NCBI GenBank assembly: GCA_963703315.1
Contig: OY969811.1
Span: 800,001-864,000, forward strand
DNA length: 64,000 bases
Direction: 5' to 3'
Source of the DNA: an uncultured cyanobacterium
GTDB lineage: Bacteria; Cyanobacteriota; Cyanobacteriia; Pseudanabaenales; Pseudanabaenaceae
Positions within the stretch are counted from its first letter, which is position 1; every line of letters begins with the position of its first letter. The notes under the pieces were generated by a model that was not told the origin of the DNA, did no database searches, and worked only from the letters and a program-made list of their open reading frames with translations. A program made the position numbers and the translations under genes. Below are positions 60,894-64,000 of the stretch, piece after piece.

Positions 60894-62861
60894 ATGTCCA
60901 TTGCTGCTTACGGTTCTTGGAAATCGCCCATTAGTTCAGATCTGATTGTTTCTAACAGCATTCGTCTCGGCGCGATCGCCATTGATGATGGTCATGTCTA
61001 TTGGAATGAAGGTAGACCAACGGAAGGTGGACGGAATGTGATTATGCGCTATAGCAGCGATGGCAACTATCGCGAACTCACTCCTGAGTCATTAAATGTG
61101 CGATCGCTGGTACATGAATATGGCGGCGGCGAGTATTTAGTGGAAGATGGACGAATTTATTTTTCTAACTTTAGCGATCGCCGCATTTATCGCAAAGTTG
61201 GCGGCGGCTCTTGCAAACCCTTAACTCCTGAAAGTGCCTATCGCTATGCTGATTTTGTCTGGAGTCGCATTTATGGCAAGTTAATTGCGATCCGCGAAGA
61301 CCATACAGGGGAAGGCGAACCGATTAATACCATCGTTGCCGTGAGTACTAGCAATGGCGAAGATATTCAAGTCCTCGTCACTGGTGCAGATTTCTATGCT
61401 TCACCAAGACTTAATTCCACTGGTGACAAACTCGCTTGGATTAGTTGGAATCATCCAAATATGCCTTGGGATGGAACAGAGCTATGGGTTGCTGATTTAG
61501 TGGAATCAGAAGTGGGAGTTCTCTCTGTGCAGAATCCTCAACTAGTAGCTGGTGGTGTGAATGAGTCGATCTTTCAGCCTGAATGGTCACCCGATGGTAA
61601 GCTCTATTTTGTCAGTGATCGCACAGGTTGGTGGAATTTATATCGCGCTTCTGTAGATAATCTCCAAGAAATTCAGCAAAAGATTCAGCCTATTTATCCC
61701 CTTGAAGCGGAGTTTGGCTTACCTCAATGGGTCTTTGGCATGACTACCTACGGCTTTACAGGGAATGGCAAAATCCTGAGTAGCTATACTCAGCATGGTA
61801 AATCCCATTTAGCGATTATCGATCCCGATCATCTCGATCAAGGTTTACAAGAATTCGATTTACCATTTACTTCCATTTCAGGGATAAAAGTTGAAGGCGA
61901 TCGCGCAGTTTTTCATGGTGGTTCCGCAACTGAAGCTACAGCGATTATCTTGCTTGATCTGACTACAGGATCTTGGCAAAAAGTCCGTGCTGCCAATGAT
62001 TTACAGATTGACCCAGACTATATTTCGGCGGCACAATCTGTGGAGTTTCCGACCGAAAATGGAAAGACGGCTCATGGTCTATTTTATCCTCCCAAAAACA
62101 AAGACTTTCAAGCAGAAGCTAACGAAAAACCACCGTTACTAGTTAAAAGTCATGGAGGTCCTACCGCCGCAACTTCAGGCAGTCTCAGTCTTGGCATTCA
62201 ATATTGGACAAGTCGCGGCTTTGCAGTGCTAGATGTCAACTATGGCGGCAGTACGGGCTATGGACGGGAATATCGCGATCGCCTCAAGGGTAATTGGGGC
62301 ATCGTCGATGTCGATGACTGTGCTAATGGTGCGAAGTTTCTCGCTGACAAAGGTTTAGTTGATAGCGATCGCCTCGCGATTTCAGGAGGCAGTGCTGGTG
62401 GCTACACGACTCTGTGCGCCCTCACCTTTCGCAATGATTTCAAAGCAGGCGCAAGCCATTACGGAATTTGTGATTTAGAAGCTTTAGCCACAGATACCCA
62501 TAAATTTGAGTCCCGCTATCTCGATAGTCTGATTGGCAAATATCCTGAACAAAAAGAAATTTATATTCAGAGATCGCCAATTCACTTTACCGAAAAACTT
62601 TCCTGTGCGATCGCCTTCTTCCAAGGTTTAGAAGATAAAGTCGTCCCACCCAATCAAGCGGAAATGATGGTCAAGGCTTTACGGGAAAAAGGTTTGCCCG
62701 TTGCCTACATTCCCTTTGAAGGCGAGCAGCATGGTTTCCGTAAAGCTGAGAATATCAAACGCGCCCTTGATGGTGAGTTCTATTTTTATGCTCAAATTTT
62801 TGGATTTAAACCTGCGGATGAATTGGAAGCGATCGCGATCGAGAACAGTCCACGTGATTAG
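60894..62861 (+). CDS. S9 family peptidase (acylaminoacyl/prolyl oligopeptidase-like)
   Basis: YGSWKSP, HGGPT, GGSAGG, QGLEDKVV, EQHGF; ATG at 60894. Confidence 0.93.
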   Translation: MSIAAYGSWKSPISSDLIVSNSIRLGAIAIDDGHVYWNEGRPTEGGRNVIMRYSSDGNYRELTPESLNVRSLVHEYGGGEYLVEDGRIYFSNFSDRRIYRKVGGGSCKPLTPESAYRYADFVWSRIYGKLIAIREDHTGEGEPINTIVAVSTSNGEDIQVLVTGADFYASPRLNSTGDKLAWISWNHPNMPWDGTELWVADLVESEVGVLSVQNPQLVAGGVNESIFQPEWSPDGKLYFVSDRTGWWNLYRASVDNLQEIQQKIQPIYPLEAEFGLPQWVFGMTTYGFTGNGKILSSYTQHGKSHLAIIDPDHLDQGLQEFDLPFTSISGIKVEGDRAVFHGGSATEATAIILLDLTTGSWQKVRAANDLQIDPDYISAAQSVEFPTENGKTAHGLFYPPKNKDFQAEANEKPPLLVKSHGGPTAATSGSLSLGIQYWTSRGFAVLDVNYGGSTGYGREYRDRLKGNWGIVDVDDCANGAKFLADKGLVDSDRLAISGGSAGGYTTLCALTFRNDFKAGASHYGICDLEALATDTHKFESRYLDSLIGKYPEQKEIYIQRSPIHFTEKLSCAIAFFQGLEDKVVPPNQAEMMVKALREKGLPVAYIPFEGEQHGFRKAENIKRALDGEFYFYAQIFGFKPADELEAIAIENSPRD

Positions 62862-62892
62862 GTTTTCACTTCTAGCCCTTTTCCTGTTAAAA

Positions 62893-62995
62893 CCTGCCCT
62901 CATCCCCCTAGCCCTTCTCCCTCTTTGGGAGAAGGGGAGTAAGAAATTTTTCTTGTTCCCCTCTCCCTTTTGGGGAGAAGGGCTAGGGGTGAGGG
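62893..62995. repeat. CCCTCACCCC / CCCCTCTCCC-GGGAGAAGGG palindromic repeat element
   Basis: ccctcatccccctagcccttctccc...gggagaagggctaggggtgaggg with two internal hairpins. Confidence 0.75.
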
Positions 62996-63003
62996 TCTTA
63001 GCC

Positions 63004-63654
63004 TTATTGTTTATCCCGCTTTGTGAGGAAGAAAATAGCGATCGCCCCAATGACAAAACCACTAACATGGGCTAAGTAAGCCACCCCTGGTAAATTGGGA
63101 TTTGCCATCGCTGCATATACAGTTTGTCCAGCAATCCATAAACCTAAAAATACTGCCGATGGTATAGGAATGGCAGTTATAAAAAATCCGAGAAAAACTA
63201 AACTTAAAATCCGCGCACGGGGAAATCTCACCAGATACGCACCCATCACTCCCGATATTGCGCCACTTGCACCCACCATTGGTACTAGTGACATCGGTGT
63301 AGTTAGTACTTGGACTAGTCCTGCAACGGCTCCACATAGCAAGTAGAAGAACAGAAATTTCCAATGTCCAAGCTGATCTTCAATATTATTTCCAAATAGA
63401 TAGAGAAACCACATATTCCCAGCTAAATGGAAGATATTCGCATGGATAAATTGTGATGATAGTAAGGCGATCGCTTCTCTGGGCGGATTAGCAACTAACT
63501 CCTTAGGGACTAAAGCCCAAGTACCAATCCATTGTCCAAGTTGAAAATTGGGTAGGCTGGCTTGATATCCAAAAATCAGAACATTGATCACAATTATCGT
63601 ATAGACAACGATAGAAGTATCTTGGGTCGGATTGTCATCATGTAAAGGAAACAT
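63004..63654 (-). CDS. Rhomboid family intramembrane serine protease
   Basis: HLAGNM, GASGA, AHVSG motifs. Confidence 0.95.
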   Translation of the reverse strand: MFPLHDDNPTQDTSIVVYTIIVINVLIFGYQASLPNFQLGQWIGTWALVPKELVANPPREAIALLSSQFIHANIFHLAGNMWFLYLFGNNIEDQLGHWKFLFFYLLCGAVAGLVQVLTTPMSLVPMVGASGAISGVMGAYLVRFPRARILSLVFLGFFITAIPIPSAVFLGLWIAGQTVYAAMANPNLPGVAYLAHVSGFVIGAIAIFFLTKRDKQ

Positions 63655-63841
63655 TGCTAACCATAGGCGACAGCTTTATTGATTTTAGCAATTATCGCTG
63701 TTGCTATTTTTTAGTGTTGAGATGGTCGGTGCTTTGCGCCAACCATCTCAACACTAAAAAAGGAACTAATTACAAATTTGTGAGTCTACCTAATCAGGGG
63801 AAGACCTAAATATTTTTAATCACTATGGAGATTAATCAGTC

Positions 63842-64000
63842 ATGCAATGGCAACAAAAATCCGTTTTATTACTATGTACTCTAGTCTTGGGGGGCAGTAC
63901 TTTAATCGCCAATGCGATCGAAGCAAAACAACCGATTAAAGTTAAGCCAGAGAAAGGTAGCGTAACCACCACAACTTCTACCACTACCACTACTACTACT
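63842..64000 (+). CDS. Secreted hypothetical protein, 5' part (runs off window)
   Basis: MQWQQKSVLLLCTLVLGGSTLIANA signal peptide then Thr-rich tract. Confidence 0.6.
   Translation, partial: MQWQQKSVLLLCTLVLGGSTLIANAIEAKQPIKVKPEKGSVTTTTSTTTTTTT

Larger units (their letters stand above)
1..64000. repeat. HIP1 octamer GCGATCGC dispersed throughout the window
   Basis: Very frequent GCGATCGC in coding regions; characteristic of cyanobacteria. Confidence 0.95.

Noticed and set aside
62679..63075. Overlapping ORFs on both strands across the S9 peptidase-rhomboid gap
   Set aside because: Read-through of the repeat element, overlapping two real genes.
1..64000. CRISPR array
   Set aside because: Repeats are dispersed palindromes or intragenic coding repeats; there is no regular repeat-spacer periodicity and no cas gene.

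Overview
Cyanobacterial chromosomal segment (dense HIP1 GCGATCGC octamers, ntcA, sasA, flv1, CpcD-domain protein; a Pseudanabaena-like filamentous strain is my inference). It is mostly housekeeping: ctpC-like protease, two amt, sir, rbgA, htpG, ftsQZ, prs, ntcA, secG, coaE, ctaCDE, cbiET/cbiD/cbiF and tRNA-Ala(GGC). Scattered among these are four Uma2 endonucleases, an HsdR-N-like nuclease, a NACHT NTPase and an AT-rich ATPase+HNH (Septu/PtuAB-like) pair. Main oddities: (1) recJ is split in two. The N-terminal DHH half stops inside a repeat element, a Uma2 gene follows, and the C-terminal DHHA1/OB half is fused behind an HsdR-N/DUF4145-like domain. (2) Most intergenic gaps carry a palindromic element, from several MITE/REP-like families with TA-bounded shells and a GC-(G/A)AA-GC mini-hairpin core whose arms differ between copies. 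(3) Sulfite reductase has a C-terminal ribbon-helix-helix-like tail and an inverted repeat on its own promoter. (4) A FolB-RNase HI fusion. (5) A CpcD-domain protein with a long repetitive disordered tail. No CRISPR array, rRNA, integrase or transposase was seen. All calls come from reading motifs by eye; no searches were run.
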